A DNA stretch of 64,000 nt from Tortispora ganteri. Lineage: Eukaryota. The stretch is from contig PPNB01000011.1 of assembly GCA_003707115.1 (NCBI GenBank), positions 186,001-250,000 on the forward strand, given 5' to 3'. Numbering within the stretch: position 1 is the stretch's first letter; the number at the start of each line of letters is the position of its first letter. The position numbers and the translations under genes are program-made. Of the stretch, positions 9,520-20,962 are shown piece after piece. The notes under the pieces are model-generated. The model was not told the origin of the DNA. It saw nothing but the letters and a program-made list of their open reading frames with translations, and made no database searches.

Positions 9520-11331
9520 TCATGCATGTGCCACTATTATCACCACAAAGTTCAATTGCTTCGCTTGGTTATTTGTAATATAGTTTGCAGCAATGAGCTC
9601 TGTGGGGACCTTTGAAACGACATTACTTATGATACTTTTCATGTCATTGTTCACGATGTTCGAATCGTAAGCAATTGTAGCCCAACATGCTTTTGAGGTA
9701 GGCAATTCATTTTTTGGATCAGTCCAAACTTCTATTTTGATATCGCCCAGTTCAGTGCAACTGTAGTTACTAGAGCGCGACTGTTCAAAAAGGACGTTAT
9801 CGGAAGACATCATATTAGCAGCCAAAGTAAGCCATTCAACAGGGGCTGAACGTGGTAGTTTTTCCACCTGCATGAAATAGCAAGGCCCAGTAAAAGTAGA
9901 TTGACTATTCCAAACATCACAGGCAGTATCTATGTACGTCTTGGTCATGTAATCTGACACGAAGCAAAGAAAATATCCTGCCAAACTGCTGGTATTTTTA
10001 GCCGGTTTCACCAATGATTCATAAACCCGCGATATATGACGAAATGCCAATTCACAGTCTGATTTTGGTGCCCTAATTGCGGACAATTGACCTGTTTCGG
10101 GCTGCAGAGGGATTTGGCCCGACAGATGCACCAAGTTTAAGTCGACAATGCCTTGTGAATATGGTCCAATATTCGCAGGAGCCCAGTGACTATAACTGCG
10201 TACATGAAGTCCCTGTACAGGATTATTACTGTCGGCATATTTAACTGTGAGGCAAATCTCAGAGGTATTATCGACGGGGTTCTGTATACATGCACGAGCA
10301 GGTGGTAATGAACCTTTAAAGAAGGAAGCGTATTCTTTGTTGATATTCACAAAGTGAGATATATCGCGCAACTGCAACAAAACACTGACAGGTCGTTTGA
10401 TGCTTGGATCTGGTAACTCGCGAGCCAAGCTTTCGAAAGTGTTGCCTGAGACCGTAACACAGTAGGGCCCTTTAGGTGAAACCGGGTCTATAAATGTTCT
10501 GTTAGTGCCAATAGGAATAGCAGTATCTAGCGCATCAGGAGCAATTGTATCGTTTGAAGATGCTTCATCGGGATCAAATTGTTCTAGAGTTACTGCAGTT
10601 AATTTGCTGTCTGTGGTGATGACAGGCGAGCTGATGTAAAAGACGCCGCCAGACTCTTCCTCTATACTGTAGCTTTCTAGTACTAGACGTTTTGTGAGAA
10701 AAAGCGGACAGTCAAGAACGAGTGTTTCGTACTCACCTCCCTCTCCGCAAGGATGTAAACCGTACTTGCTGTATAATCTCAATAGATCAGGACGCATTTC
10801 GTCGAGAGAGCGACCCAGATGGTGTTTTTCCAAACCAATAGCAGCGACTTTGACCAGTACTGCCTCCAAATGACTGGATATCATTGAATCAAGCAGCAAA
10901 AGCTGATCTCTTTCCCACAAATATGCTAGTGAGGTAAGATTGAGTCTTTCACAAACATCTTCGACTCGGATTCGTTGATAGTTGGAGAGGATGGCTCCCA
11001 CCGAGACGCCTTTGATATCGGGTTGGTGCGCTAGAACATCCTTTAGCAGCTCATAAAGATCTTCTGTCTCGTCTCCAACACTATGTTTGTATTGCATATC
11101 GGTACTTAAAGCGGTTCCGGCAATTGGGCGGCGGTACAGGGGTACATCAAAACATTCTGCCAAGTATGGGATGGCATCATGGCCCACTGTTTGGTACATG
11201 TAGCTGTTCATTTCATCACCTACGGGTGGGTGCAGGTTGGCGATTGCTACTAACTGGTGGCCGAGATGCACACATTCCATAACATTATAACATGAATCTT
11301 TACCACCAGAAATGAGTGCGACAAATTTCAT
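9520..11331 (-). CDS. DPH6: Diphthine-ammonia ligase with C-terminal YjgF/RidA-like domains
   Basis: MKFVALISGGKDSCYN, YMYQTVGH, GAILSNYQRIRVE, CGEGGEYET and SHWAPANIGPYSQ. Confidence 0.96.
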   Translation of the reverse strand: MKFVALISGGKDSCYNVMECVHLGHQLVAIANLHPPVGDEMNSYMYQTVGHDAIPYLAECFDVPLYRRPIAGTALSTDMQYKHSVGDETEDLYELLKDVLAHQPDIKGVSVGAILSNYQRIRVEDVCERLNLTSLAYLWERDQLLLLDSMISSHLEAVLVKVAAIGLEKHHLGRSLDEMRPDLLRLYSKYGLHPCGEGGEYETLVLDCPLFLTKRLVLESYSIEEESGGVFYISSPVITTDSKLTAVTLEQFDPDEASSNDTIAPDALDTAIPIGTNRTFIDPVSPKGPYCVTVSGNTFESLARELPDPSIKRPVSVLLQLRDISHFVNINKEYASFFKGSLPPARACIQNPVDNTSEICLTVKYADSNNPVQGLHVRSYSHWAPANIGPYSQGIVDLNLVHLSGQIPLQPETGQLSAIRAPKSDCELAFRHISRVYESLVKPAKNTSSLAGYFLCFVSDYMTKTYIDTACDVWNSQSTFTGPCYFMQVEKLPRSAPVEWLTLAANMMSSDNVLFEQSRSSNYSCTELGDIKIEVWTDPKNELPTSKACWATIAYDSNIVNNDMKSIISNVVSKVPTELIAANYITNNQAKQLNFVVIIVAHA

Positions 11332-11596
11332 CGCGGGTGTGTCTAATTCTACGTTGAACGAAAAGTGTACGATACTCTCTATAACTCATATGCACGCACC
11401 GCCAATAAAGTCGGTCAACATAAAAGTCTCAAACTTTTAAATATCTCTTTACTCTAACCGCCAATAAAAAAAGCTGGCATGAAAATTGCTGTATCAAGCA
11501 ATACATGTCTTCCTTGACGGTATTGAGGTAAAGAAAAAGTCTCTATTGGGTGGACTGGGAGTTATATATATAGCGGCGAACAATTTCAGTGGAGAG

Positions 11597-11624
11597 AAAT
11601 AAATAAATAAATAAATAAATAAAT
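11597..11624. repeat. (AAAT)7 microsatellite just downstream of the tricalbin stop codon
   Basis: aaataaataaataaataaataaataaat read directly. Confidence 0.9.
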
Positions 11625-11643
11625 AAAAATAAATTAACAAATC

Positions 11644-14600
11644 CTAACTTTTCACGTTGAATTTCACTTGGATCTCCATATCACCTCCTAGAGATACCCA
11701 TATAGGATTTCCACTAATAATTTCTGATACTTTGACGGTACCCTCACACAAACGCTCATCACGACCTAGCGTATGATGACTATACACGCGGAAAACAATA
11801 CTACCACCATTCGGCACCTTATTCGAGACAAACGCATCGTCAAATTTCGGCTGGCCAGCAGATGCCTTCACGCCTTTGGTCTTGTGAATCTCCCGCAGCT
11901 TCGAGTTACCTGAGTCCGTGTACACGCGCGCCTGCACTGTTTCGTCCTTGGGGAATCCGGTAGCAGTTACAAGAACAATTCCAACTGTTTGGTACTCAGT
12001 CCGGCCACCCGTACGACTAGTGTTAGCAGTAGTCGTGCTTGTACCCGAATTGGACCGCAGTCGACCGCTAGGCGGTGTAGGCGGCACCAAACTCGTATCG
12101 CCGTTCTGGCTCACAACGGAATAGTCCTCCACCACAGAACTCTCTTCGCCAATAGGCGCAGCAGAAATCTCCTGCGCTGTGTCAACTTCCTTGCCAGTAT
12201 CAGGGTCAATAGCTTTCTCCTTCTTACCACCAGTAAATAAGTTCGTGATCTTTTTCACACCACTAGAAGCCACCCCAACACCCTTCAAAGGCATCGAACC
12301 TACACCACGCACGATCTTGCCAGCAGGTGCAAACGTGCCAGAAAAGATTCCACCTTCAACTTGCGTTTTGCGCGAAATCCATTTGGGCTTGAAAAGCAAA
12401 CTGACGCGCAATTGCCCGGCTGGCTCGCCTTTCTCTCCAATCAAGTCCAACGTAAAAGTTTTAGGCTCAATGGGCTCCACTTGTCCCATATCAAGAGTGG
12501 CATTACCAAGGAAATCGTCATCGCCAACAGTTATATCCCAGTCCATAACTTCAAGGTCAAGTTTGTCGTAAATCCTGTTACGAACAGGGAATTCAAAGTA
12601 CTCATTCCACACAGGGTTCAGTGTCTTCTTGATAACTTTAGACTTAAAGATTTGCACATTGTTCAGTTTCACAAGAGTATACGGATCAGATTTGCCAGAC
12701 ATATCAGCCGCAGGCAAATTAGAAGCATCCAATATATCAATACGCATATTGCCCATGTTCATTATACTCTCTGAAGGATCAAGATCTATCAACAGCGGCT
12801 GGAATCGACATTGAATGTTTACTTTAGAAATATCTCCAGATGATGAAGTAAGAGAAACAGTGGTCGGTTTCTCGTAAGAGCTCTTCAGCAACGTTAAGGT
12901 AGGAATAGTAGCTGAAGCAATAGTGTCATCCCAATCGGCGGAATATTGTTTATCAGCCATCCGAATTATCGTTTGTGAGTATTCTAGCTCTCTAATAATA
13001 GCATCGTTAGTCTCGTTAAAGTCAACTTTCCTAGATTCTGCGCGTGATGTGCTGTATGAGGGGTATGAATGATCATCAACAAGAACCTCGATGTAAGTGT
13101 GAGGCTGTGCTAGCACGGCATTCTTAATAGTGAATATTAAAACACCAGATTTGTATTTGATGATCTCATCAAATGACAAATCATGGACAGGCGCCTCGTC
13201 GTCGTCAATGGTAGCATCATCATCATCGGCGTCATCATCATCAGCACGGACGCTTTTTTTGGATTTATCAGGATTAGACTGCTCTTCGGCCTCTGCTTCC
13301 TTTGCTGCTTCTAACTCTTTGGCTCGTTCTTCAGGAGTTTTAACGCGATAAGTAGGGAAAAAGCTGGCTCTGTACTCGAGAATACCTTTGGGCGATTTCT
13401 TATTCATGACCAATCTTCCTTGATGAACTGTCTCGTCAATAACAGTGTCGTACTCGCCATCGGATTTCTTTTTGATGTATGGTGTGATATCGAAAACAAA
13501 ACTTCCAAGACTTCTATCCCTTCCACTTCTTTCTGAATCCATGACTTCGATAGTGCATCTCTCGCCAAGCGTGTATACAGCAGCATACACATAATCATGC
13601 CAAACCGGGTCTGTCTCGTCATCTAAAGTAAAAGTACGGCCTCTCATGAAGCTATTCATCAATACGCGAACGTATGGATCAACTTTACCGATGGTTTCAA
13701 TGTTTCGAAGGTCTGTCGCTTTGATAAATTCAAACCTCATAACACCAATCGGAGGGAAATAACCGGTATCTGAATCAATACCCTTGATATGAACAGGTTT
13801 GAATGTCACTCCAAGGCGCACACGGCCAAAAGGTCTCATATTGAACCATTCAATTTCACGCTGCTGGATGTAATTGACAAGAGTATCAAGTTTGGTATGG
13901 TACGAGGCAATAACAGGATCTTTTCCAGACCTATAATCAAAGACTTTAACACCAAGCTTCATAGAACGACGATCGCGGACAATGCATTCATATGCTTCAT
14001 CCCATACAGGATTATTAGAGTGTTTCACACGCTTAGTAGCGTAAACTGGCTTTCCGTTAATAAGAATTTGAGCATAAGGAGAAAATGTCTTGACTCCCTC
14101 TTTAGTTGGGTCTAAATCCTTCACTTGATGAACAGTAAACTTCAAAATACCCGTATTGAGTTGAGGTGGAGGCTCAATAGTTCCATCTTCTAGCTCACGA
14201 CCTTTTTCAACCGGAAAGAAATAGGCACCATAATTAAGCTCGCCAGTGGATTTTGCGTTTTTGATAAGGGGTACAAACTTGTTCTCAACTGCAGGCTCGC
14301 TTTCAAAAACTTCAAGAGGGAAAGAAGCTGCGCCGAGAAGCTGATCTTTTCTGCGACTGTTGTAATCGTATAGCTTAATAAATATAGTGTCGCCAAGGTT
14401 ACGCACAAGCAGATATTTAGTTTCGTTCCACACGGGATTGCAAGTATTCTTCTTGATTGAGGAACGGGTGAGTTCTTCTAATTCGGTGAATCCTATTCTG
14501 CAATAAGGATCCATGTCTGGGGTACCTCTAAGGCCTTTAGCGCCATAGAGTGTGAGAGCCATGATACCGACTGCTGAATCTCCTTCGTTTGACAGCATTT

Positions 14601-16086
14601 CTTCGACATTCAGCTGGAAGAAATGAGGAGCATACATCATTGGACCTAAGTTGGAATGTACCATGTCCTTAATAAACGAATCTAAACCAGGAAGGACGTT
14701 TATATCAAAACCAAAAGTTTCACCGCCAATTGGTTTAAGTACATAATCAAAATATGGAGGTTCCAAAAACGAGATGTCAACAGTCTTGACATGAGGAAAC
14801 GTAGACATGAGTTTAATACGCACTCGTAAGTGACCCTGAAACGACATGTCTTCAAGCAAAATTGGCAAATTTTTAGCAACCATGGCTTTTCCAATTCTGA
14901 TCTTAAAAACCACCTTAGGATTAACTTTTGTGGATAACTGTTTAGCGGTGAGATCTTCGGTATCGTTGGGCAAGAATGAGAATTTCCAATCCATGACCAC
15001 AATATCGTCTTCTGTCTTAGGGAAAGTACGCACTGAATCAATACGAGGAGGTTTAGTTCCAAGAGTGAACGTATCCAAGAACATGCTGTCAATGAAGGAG
15101 GGAGTATTGCCCGCGAGCACCTGATTTGTAGTTCCAACTACAGTAGCTGAGAGCACAGGCTCATATATCATCCAGAATTTTACCAGGAAGCTATTTAGCC
15201 ACTCCATTGTTTCATAGTCAGTTTCTAGCTTGCGCATAGCCATTTCACGAATAACATCGTCGCGGACATTTCTGCGGAGTCGGATAATTGATGTACGATA
15301 GTATGTAGCGGTGAAAGCGAGAATTACAGCTGGCCAAGTAATTCCACCACCAAGATAACCAGCAAACCACGAGAAGAAACCGGTGAGTGCAATAGCGCCG
15401 GCATTGTGCCACCAATCGCCAAAAAAGCGCTCATCGAGGAAGGTTTCGAGCAGCGTGATTCTGTCGCGCAAATCGAGGTCTTTATCATCATCTCTAAACC
15501 CAGGAAGCCACTTTCCTACCTCTTTCCAGCCAACAGCTGAAGCCGTCGGGGTATCAGATATCTCACCTGATGGTTTGGTGACGTCGCTTACAGGCATCTG
15601 TACGATCTCCTGTGTAGTAGGCGTATTTTCAGTAGGAGGCAAAGAGTTTGCAGATTTGCTAGTATTCAAAGACATGCTGCTTTCAATAGCGGTACGGCCG
15701 ACATGCATGCCAGCATTTACACCGGCACTAACGCCTGCAGTTACGCCTGCATTCACGCCCTTGACGATATCGGTAGCATGCGAAATCGAGTTCACTCGTT
15801 TGACGAATCCATCAGCGCGGCCAGTAAACGAAGAGACTAATGATTCATGACGTTTCGGGGTGTTACCGTTTGATTTTACGGGTGTCGATTGGAACGAATT
15901 AGTCGTTGGAGATTTAGAGATAGCTTCAGGAATTGTGCTGCTATTTGTGGGCGGACTCACGGGGTAAGATTTACTACCCATAGCCGTATCGGTGTTATCG
16001 GCTTGTTGGGCATTTCCATATGTTTCTACCTTCTGTTTAATAGTATCTGCAACCTCATCGGGCGATTTTAAATGCGATTCAGTCAT
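11644..16086 (-). CDS. Tricalbin (ER-PM tether; TM hairpin, SMP domain, multiple C2 domains); ORF is open to 16197, first ATG at 16086
   Basis: ETMEWLNSFLVKFWMIYEPVLS (SMP domain), TLGTKPPRIDSVRTFP and repeated C2 motifs (GKSDPY, KTLNPVWNE). Confidence 0.94.
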   Translation of the reverse strand: MTESHLKSPDEVADTIKQKVETYGNAQQADNTDTAMGSKSYPVSPPTNSSTIPEAISKSPTTNSFQSTPVKSNGNTPKRHESLVSSFTGRADGFVKRVNSISHATDIVKGVNAGVTAGVSAGVNAGMHVGRTAIESSMSLNTSKSANSLPPTENTPTTQEIVQMPVSDVTKPSGEISDTPTASAVGWKEVGKWLPGFRDDDKDLDLRDRITLLETFLDERFFGDWWHNAGAIALTGFFSWFAGYLGGGITWPAVILAFTATYYRTSIIRLRRNVRDDVIREMAMRKLETDYETMEWLNSFLVKFWMIYEPVLSATVVGTTNQVLAGNTPSFIDSMFLDTFTLGTKPPRIDSVRTFPKTEDDIVVMDWKFSFLPNDTEDLTAKQLSTKVNPKVVFKIRIGKAMVAKNLPILLEDMSFQGHLRVRIKLMSTFPHVKTVDISFLEPPYFDYVLKPIGGETFGFDINVLPGLDSFIKDMVHSNLGPMMYAPHFFQLNVEEMLSNEGDSAVGIMALTLYGAKGLRGTPDMDPYCRIGFTELEELTRSSIKKNTCNPVWNETKYLLVRNLGDTIFIKLYDYNSRRKDQLLGAASFPLEVFESEPAVENKFVPLIKNAKSTGELNYGAYFFPVEKGRELEDGTIEPPPQLNTGILKFTVHQVKDLDPTKEGVKTFSPYAQILINGKPVYATKRVKHSNNPVWDEAYECIVRDRRSMKLGVKVFDYRSGKDPVIASYHTKLDTLVNYIQQREIEWFNMRPFGRVRLGVTFKPVHIKGIDSDTGYFPPIGVMRFEFIKATDLRNIETIGKVDPYVRVLMNSFMRGRTFTLDDETDPVWHDYVYAAVYTLGERCTIEVMDSERSGRDRSLGSFVFDITPYIKKKSDGEYDTVIDETVHQGRLVMNKKSPKGILEYRASFFPTYRVKTPEERAKELEAAKEAEAEEQSNPDKSKKSVRADDDDADDDDATIDDDEAPVHDLSFDEIIKYKSGVLIFTIKNAVLAQPHTYIEVLVDDHSYPSYSTSRAESRKVDFNETNDAIIRELEYSQTIIRMADKQYSADWDDTIASATIPTLTLLKSSYEKPTTVSLTSSSGDISKVNIQCRFQPLLIDLDPSESIMNMGNMRIDILDASNLPAADMSGKSDPYTLVKLNNVQIFKSKVIKKTLNPVWNEYFEFPVRNRIYDKLDLEVMDWDITVGDDDFLGNATLDMGQVEPIEPKTFTLDLIGEKGEPAGQLRVSLLFKPKWISRKTQVEGGIFSGTFAPAGKIVRGVGSMPLKGVGVASSGVKKITNLFTGGKKEKAIDPDTGKEVDTAQEISAAPIGEESSVVEDYSVVSQNGDTSLVPPTPPSGRLRSNSGTSTTTANTSRTGGRTEYQTVGIVLVTATGFPKDETVQARVYTDSGNSKLREIHKTKGVKASAGQPKFDDAFVSNKVPNGGSIVFRVYSHHTLGRDERLCEGTVKVSEIISGNPIWVSLGGDMEIQVKFNVKS

Positions 16087-16617
16087 ACTCGATCGGCTCA
16101 AAGATCGATTAGGATGGAGTAGCGTGATAAAAAAAGGAGAATGCTCACATGAATGTAGGAGTCCGGAATTATGAGGGTAGAGGGTCCAATTGACCAATAG
16201 TAAAACTTACCTGAAAGTAAAGTTTTATGCGAAATACTGTGAATGCAGCTGCCGATCCGGTCTCACGGTAAAAGGAATAGTATTCACAAACGTGAAATAT
16301 ACCTTAGGTGAATAGAAATGTCTATTGATTACGATATTTACATACAAAGTTGTGTAAAGTGGTTATAGTGTTGAAGATCTTATGGTGTAAACACTGTACA
16401 CGGAAAGTCTGACGAAAACGCGTTTGTATATTTTAGAAGACGCGCTTGTTACTAATCGTTTGCGGATATAAGTATTATATTAAATTATTTAATCAGTATT
16501 GTCGTAAACCAGTAAGAAGAGAATATTATATAGCATTAAAGGTCTGCATATGAGCCTTCTCTCTTTCTCGTCTGGTTGCACATTAGAAATATATTAAAAC
16601 CGTTTTTCATGACCGGC

Positions 16618-18063
16618 TTAGAAACGTAAAATACGACGTCGCAATTCGGATAACGACTCGTAAAATGCACGGGGTCCCGTAGTCTCAAGAGACCCGGCGT
16701 TCTCTTCTAATCGGCGAATCAAATACTCGCGTGTCTCGCGCGCAGGTCCCCAGGGTACGTACTTCAAAACAACACGGTTTTCCTTAGCCAAAGCTTCGCC
16801 ATAGTCTTCACAGAGACCCATCAGTTGAGCAAACACTACTCTACCGTCGGCATCCTCTAAATGTGCTTTGTCGGCGTGCCGCTGCAGCATCTCATTGGTA
16901 AGCTCCATGCTTCGCCAGTTGTGAGTGGCCACAATAAGCTTGCTGACAACATCCTCAGCATCTTCAATACATACACCAACACCTTCATTGAAGCTTTTGT
17001 CTGTATCGGCTTTGGTGTTGTGGATTACCCCGCGATCAGGTTCGCTCTCCATGTAAGCACCGCGGACGAGCTTAAGGCAGATCTTATAGTTCTGCTTTCG
17101 TGCATCTTCAATTAGTTCGTATAAAGTTTTCAAAGAGTCTTTAAGGTACATCTGAATGGTACCGCCCACAATCACCTGACCATTGACGTTGTACTCTTTC
17201 ATCATTTGCTGCTGACTCGCATACACGCCCTGCTGCAGATCGTACTTTTCGGCATCAAAAACCACAATCACCTTGCCCTTACCGTTCTCTGCAACATAGT
17301 CGCAAATAGCTCGGCAAGCACCTAAATACTCTGCGCGCGCGCGATCGAGCTCTGGATCGACACCTTCCGGTTCATTGAATCGGCGAAGAACCATAGCTGC
17401 ATCGTCGGTGAGACCGGTTGGCTTCAATGCGCAGGCACCAGCGGCTTTGAGCCCTGTAGTAATAGTTCCATCTTGAGCGGTATGTGGAGCAACTTTGAGG
17501 AATACTTCTTCGATCGATTGGATAGTGATCTGCACGACGGAGTTATTCGCAATACGACTGCGGATGGATTTCTTCTTGGTGTTGGTTTCGGCGTTTTCAG
17601 CCGCATAATTAAGCATTACGTTAGCAAATCCACGCTTCTGTAGTACCTTGATAGTTTTGAGTACCTCTTTGGGCGTCTCGCCTCCAGTGTAAATAGGGCC
17701 AATAATATTACGCACGATAAACAGTGGCGTGTATGGGAGGAGCTTCACCGAGAGGCCAACGAGCAGCGGGTAAGAGGACATAAAGGATACTAAAGTAAAT
17801 CGAAGCAGTTCGAGCATATTCATTCTATTAAGATAAGCGGATTCTTTGAAGCTGGGCTGGGGCGGGTCCTCGACAGGGGCCATGTCGCTCAATGACGACA
17901 CATAACGGTTACCAGCGGGTGGTTGCTGTTGCGGTTGCAGCGGGGTATTGTTAGCATTTGGCTGAAAATGCAAAGCACGTCTAAATACAACAGGGGACAT
18001 AAGCGTGAGAACCGATGCAGGTCTGGCTAGGGGCACGGTGCGAAATAGCGATAATCGATACAT
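16618..18063 (-). CDS. PUT1: Proline dehydrogenase, mitochondrial (ORF is open to 18213; ATG 18063 gives a presequence)
   Basis: ALKPTGL, FDAE, GTIQMYLKD, KLVRGAYM, VATHN, AQLMG and KYVPWGP..YLIRRLEEN. Confidence 0.94.
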   Translation of the reverse strand: MYRLSLFRTVPLARPASVLTLMSPVVFRRALHFQPNANNTPLQPQQQPPAGNRYVSSLSDMAPVEDPPQPSFKESAYLNRMNMLELLRFTLVSFMSSYPLLVGLSVKLLPYTPLFIVRNIIGPIYTGGETPKEVLKTIKVLQKRGFANVMLNYAAENAETNTKKKSIRSRIANNSVVQITIQSIEEVFLKVAPHTAQDGTITTGLKAAGACALKPTGLTDDAAMVLRRFNEPEGVDPELDRARAEYLGACRAICDYVAENGKGKVIVVFDAEKYDLQQGVYASQQQMMKEYNVNGQVIVGGTIQMYLKDSLKTLYELIEDARKQNYKICLKLVRGAYMESEPDRGVIHNTKADTDKSFNEGVGVCIEDAEDVVSKLIVATHNWRSMELTNEMLQRHADKAHLEDADGRVVFAQLMGLCEDYGEALAKENRVVLKYVPWGPARETREYLIRRLEENAGSLETTGPRAFYESLSELRRRILRF

Positions 18064-18997
18064 AACAGGACAGACCGGAACTATAGGAATAGGGTATAAA
18101 CAGCGAACAAACGAGAGCAATAATATTAGATGTAAAAGGAAAAGCGGTGATTTGAGAATTATGTGGGGAAAACACAAAAAATAACGAAATAAAAAAATAC
18201 GTCGAGAAAACACCGGAACGGGAAAGGCAGGAATATTTATAGAGGGCTCTCCTCATACTCTTATAATACTACGTGTCGCACTTCCGTATTAAAGCAATAG
18301 GTTAAAACCTTAAAAGCTTATCAGTTGCCAAAATCAAATAGTATAACGTAGCATTATTGGCTCTAATCGAAACGTTGTCAGCCGCATATTGAAATCTAAC
18401 GGCACTGATTAGCAGCGTATTAAGGGTCCCTATGATTCGCTGAAAAAGTATATTTTCTCGTCTAAAATTTGCTGAATTGCTTTGGTATAAGTTTTCTTAG
18501 CACAACGGGCATATTTATAAAACATTGCAAAAACTTACTGGTTCGTTAACTAAAGAATAGATGTCACTCAAGTCAGTAAATCGCTAAGGACGTTCTAATT
18601 TTATCCTTTTAAGCGCTCACTATTGGCTCAATTTAAACTCTAATCCCCACAAAATACACCATAATTTTTCCATGTTGCATACCAATTAAAGTTAAGCCTC
18701 AACTGGCTCGTTACTACATTCCAGCTTTTTTTTTTATTATATATCAATTGGCACGGCATTGTTCTTGATTAGTGAGAGCTGGAAAAATTTCAATTATTAA
18801 TTTATTAAAAAGGTGTACATTGTACGTCTGTCAGCAATCTAACAGTAGTCTATGCCATGTTGTGCCTTATTGTTCACAGCTCTAGCAATACTTCTAGCAA
18901 GCAAAAAATGGACTTTCATATAACTTTTTACAGAGTAAACTAAATCTCATTCAATTCAAAAAATCATTCGACAAAAACCACTGATATCTATCATAGT

Positions 18998-20962
18998 TCA
19001 AGAAGACGCTTCGGCAGCAGGAGTGGCAGCCGGGGCAGCAGACTCTTCAGCAGCTTCTTTTGGTGAACCAGCTTCGTTCTCGTACAACGAAGAGAGAGTT
19101 TCTTGGACCTTTCCTTGGAAAGCTGCTTCATCATCGAACAAAGGGACAATCTTGTCGTCAAGCTCAAGCAACTTTGTAGTGATCTTTCCAGCAAGTTCAG
19201 GCTCGTAGTGAGGGGCAACCTTATTGAAAATAGCTTGGCCTAAAATCTGCTTTTGCAATTCAGGCTTTCCTCTTTGTGTATTGAGGTTAGCAAGCAAAGT
19301 AGCGCTGTCAAGCTGAATAGGGGCTCCAGGGGCTCCAGGTTGGATAGGCATGGGCATAGGAGGACGCATGCCGGGTTGGCCGGGCTGGCCAGGGCGAGCA
19401 TTGGGTCCCGGCTGACCAGGAATCGCTCCAGGGTAGCCATTGTACATAGCAGGAACACCGTAAACTGGCATAGGTTGTCCGTTAGGTCCGCGACCAGCCC
19501 ATTGCTGAGGAGGCATACCAGGACGTCCACCCATGGCCATTTGAGGCATCATCATCTGTTGTCCTTGAGGACCCATCATACCAGGGCGACCGCCAGGAGG
19601 AGCAAATCCAGGTTGCTGGCCTCCATAAAACATGGGAGCGCCCATGAACTGTCCGGGCATACCCTGCTGTTGCATGCGCAACTGGTTGCGGGCAGCGGCT
19701 TGTTGCTCAAGTTGAGAACGTCTGATGTCTTTACGTAGAGCCAAGGCAACATAGAGGGGTTTTCCGTGCACCATACGTTCATGCATTTCAGAAATAGCCT
19801 TACTGGCCTCCTCAGGTGCAGAGAAGCAAACGAAACCAAATCCACGCGACTTTCCGTTGTCATCGGTCATAACTCTAGCAGAGGTGATGGTACCAAAACT
19901 TTCAAATTCCTTTACAAGAGCCTCATCGTCGATCTCGTCGTCCAAGTTCTTAACGTACAAGTTAACGCCTTGGTACTTGTTGAGCTTCTCGAGGCGTATA
20001 GCTTCATATTGCTTTCGGAGCTCTTCTTCACGCTCATGCTTCTTTTGGGCACGACCAACGTAGAGCTTTTTACCATTAATTTCCTTGTCGTTAAGCTCTT
20101 CAACAGCCTTGGCGGCTTCTTCGTGCTTTTCGTAGTTAACAAAGCCAAAGCCACGGGAATTACCTTCCGCGTCGGTGGAAAGAACAGCAGAGGTAACATT
20201 ACCGTACTTAGCGAACATCTCCTCGAAAGACTTTTGAGTCATAGAGGGGTCGATATTCTTGACATAAATGTTGGTGAAGTTAGCCTTAAGTTCCTCAACC
20301 TTGGACTGACGTTCCTTCTTGGAGATATGGTGACCAACGTAGACCTTTTGGTCATTCAAAAGCATCCCGTTAATGTGAGTAATAGCGGACTCAGCGGATT
20401 CAGCGGACTCGTAGTGAACAAATCCGTAACCTTTAGAAACACCGTACTCGTCAGTAGCTATCTTGCAAGACAAAATTTTTCCAAAGGTGGAAAAGGTATC
20501 ATGAAGTGCCTTGTTGTCAATAGAGGGGTCCAAGTTCTTGATGAAGATGTTTCCAGCACCGTCTCTGCGGAGCTTGGGGTCACGCTGAGACCACATGATG
20601 CGGCAAGGGCGGCCCTTAATGGGGGTGTAGTTGAGTTCCTCGATAGCCCTTTCACCATCAGACATCTTCTGGTAGTTGACGTAAGCGTAGCCTAGAGATT
20701 GGCGAGAAACAGCATCGCGGCATACACGAATAGATGCAACAAGGCCTACCTGGTTGAAGATCTCAAAAAGCTGAGCTTCAGTAACAGCAGGATCAAGTTC
20801 ACCTACGTAAAGGGAGGCGGATGCGGGTTGAGCGACAGCGGCAGCAGCAGCTTCACCGTTTTCAGGTTGAGTAGGAGCCTGAGAGGCAGATTCACTGCTA
20901 GCGGGTTCCTGGACGGAGAGGTTCTTAATGGCCTCGGTGGCAGATTCGACTTCAGCAGACAT
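18998..20962 (-). CDS. PAB1: Cytoplasmic poly(A)-binding protein
   Basis: Four RRMs ([37 protein letters not shown]), a Pro/Met/Gln linker and a C-terminal PABC/MLLE-like domain. Confidence 0.98.
   Translation of the reverse strand: MSAEVESATEAIKNLSVQEPASSESASQAPTQPENGEAAAAAVAQPASASLYVGELDPAVTEAQLFEIFNQVGLVASIRVCRDAVSRQSLGYAYVNYQKMSDGERAIEELNYTPIKGRPCRIMWSQRDPKLRRDGAGNIFIKNLDPSIDNKALHDTFSTFGKILSCKIATDEYGVSKGYGFVHYESAESAESAITHINGMLLNDQKVYVGHHISKKERQSKVEELKANFTNIYVKNIDPSMTQKSFEEMFAKYGNVTSAVLSTDAEGNSRGFGFVNYEKHEEAAKAVEELNDKEINGKKLYVGRAQKKHEREEELRKQYEAIRLEKLNKYQGVNLYVKNLDDEIDDEALVKEFESFGTITSARVMTDDNGKSRGFGFVCFSAPEEASKAISEMHERMVHGKPLYVALALRKDIRRSQLEQQAAARNQLRMQQQGMPGQFMGAPMFYGGQQPGFAPPGGRPGMMGPQGQQMMMPQMAMGGRPGMPPQQWAGRGPNGQPMPVYGVPAMYNGYPGAIPGQPGPNARPGQPGQPGMRPPMPMPIQPGAPGAPIQLDSATLLANLNTQRGKPELQKQILGQAIFNKVAPHYEPELAGKITTKLLELDDKIVPLFDDEAAFQGKVQETLSSLYENEAGSPKEAAEESAAPAATPAAEASS

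Noticed and set aside
9520..10400. RidA/YjgF-like domains fused to Dph6 as a novel fusion
   Set aside because: This architecture is standard for fungal Dph6.
16202..16216. ACTTACCTG resembling the U1 snRNA 5' end (plus) or a CAG|GTAAGT donor upstream of tricalbin (minus)
   Set aside because: No U1 stem-loops or 70K loop follow. For an intron, no YAG acceptor occurs before ATG 16086 (only GAG). A 5' UTR intron cannot be excluded but is unsupported.
18064..18990. Expected Put3 site (CGG-N10-CCG) in the PUT1 promoter
   Set aside because: None found by eye.
19766..20695. 309-aa ORF antisense to PAB1
   Set aside because: Typical shadow ORF caused by the strong codon bias of a highly expressed gene; no recognisable motifs.
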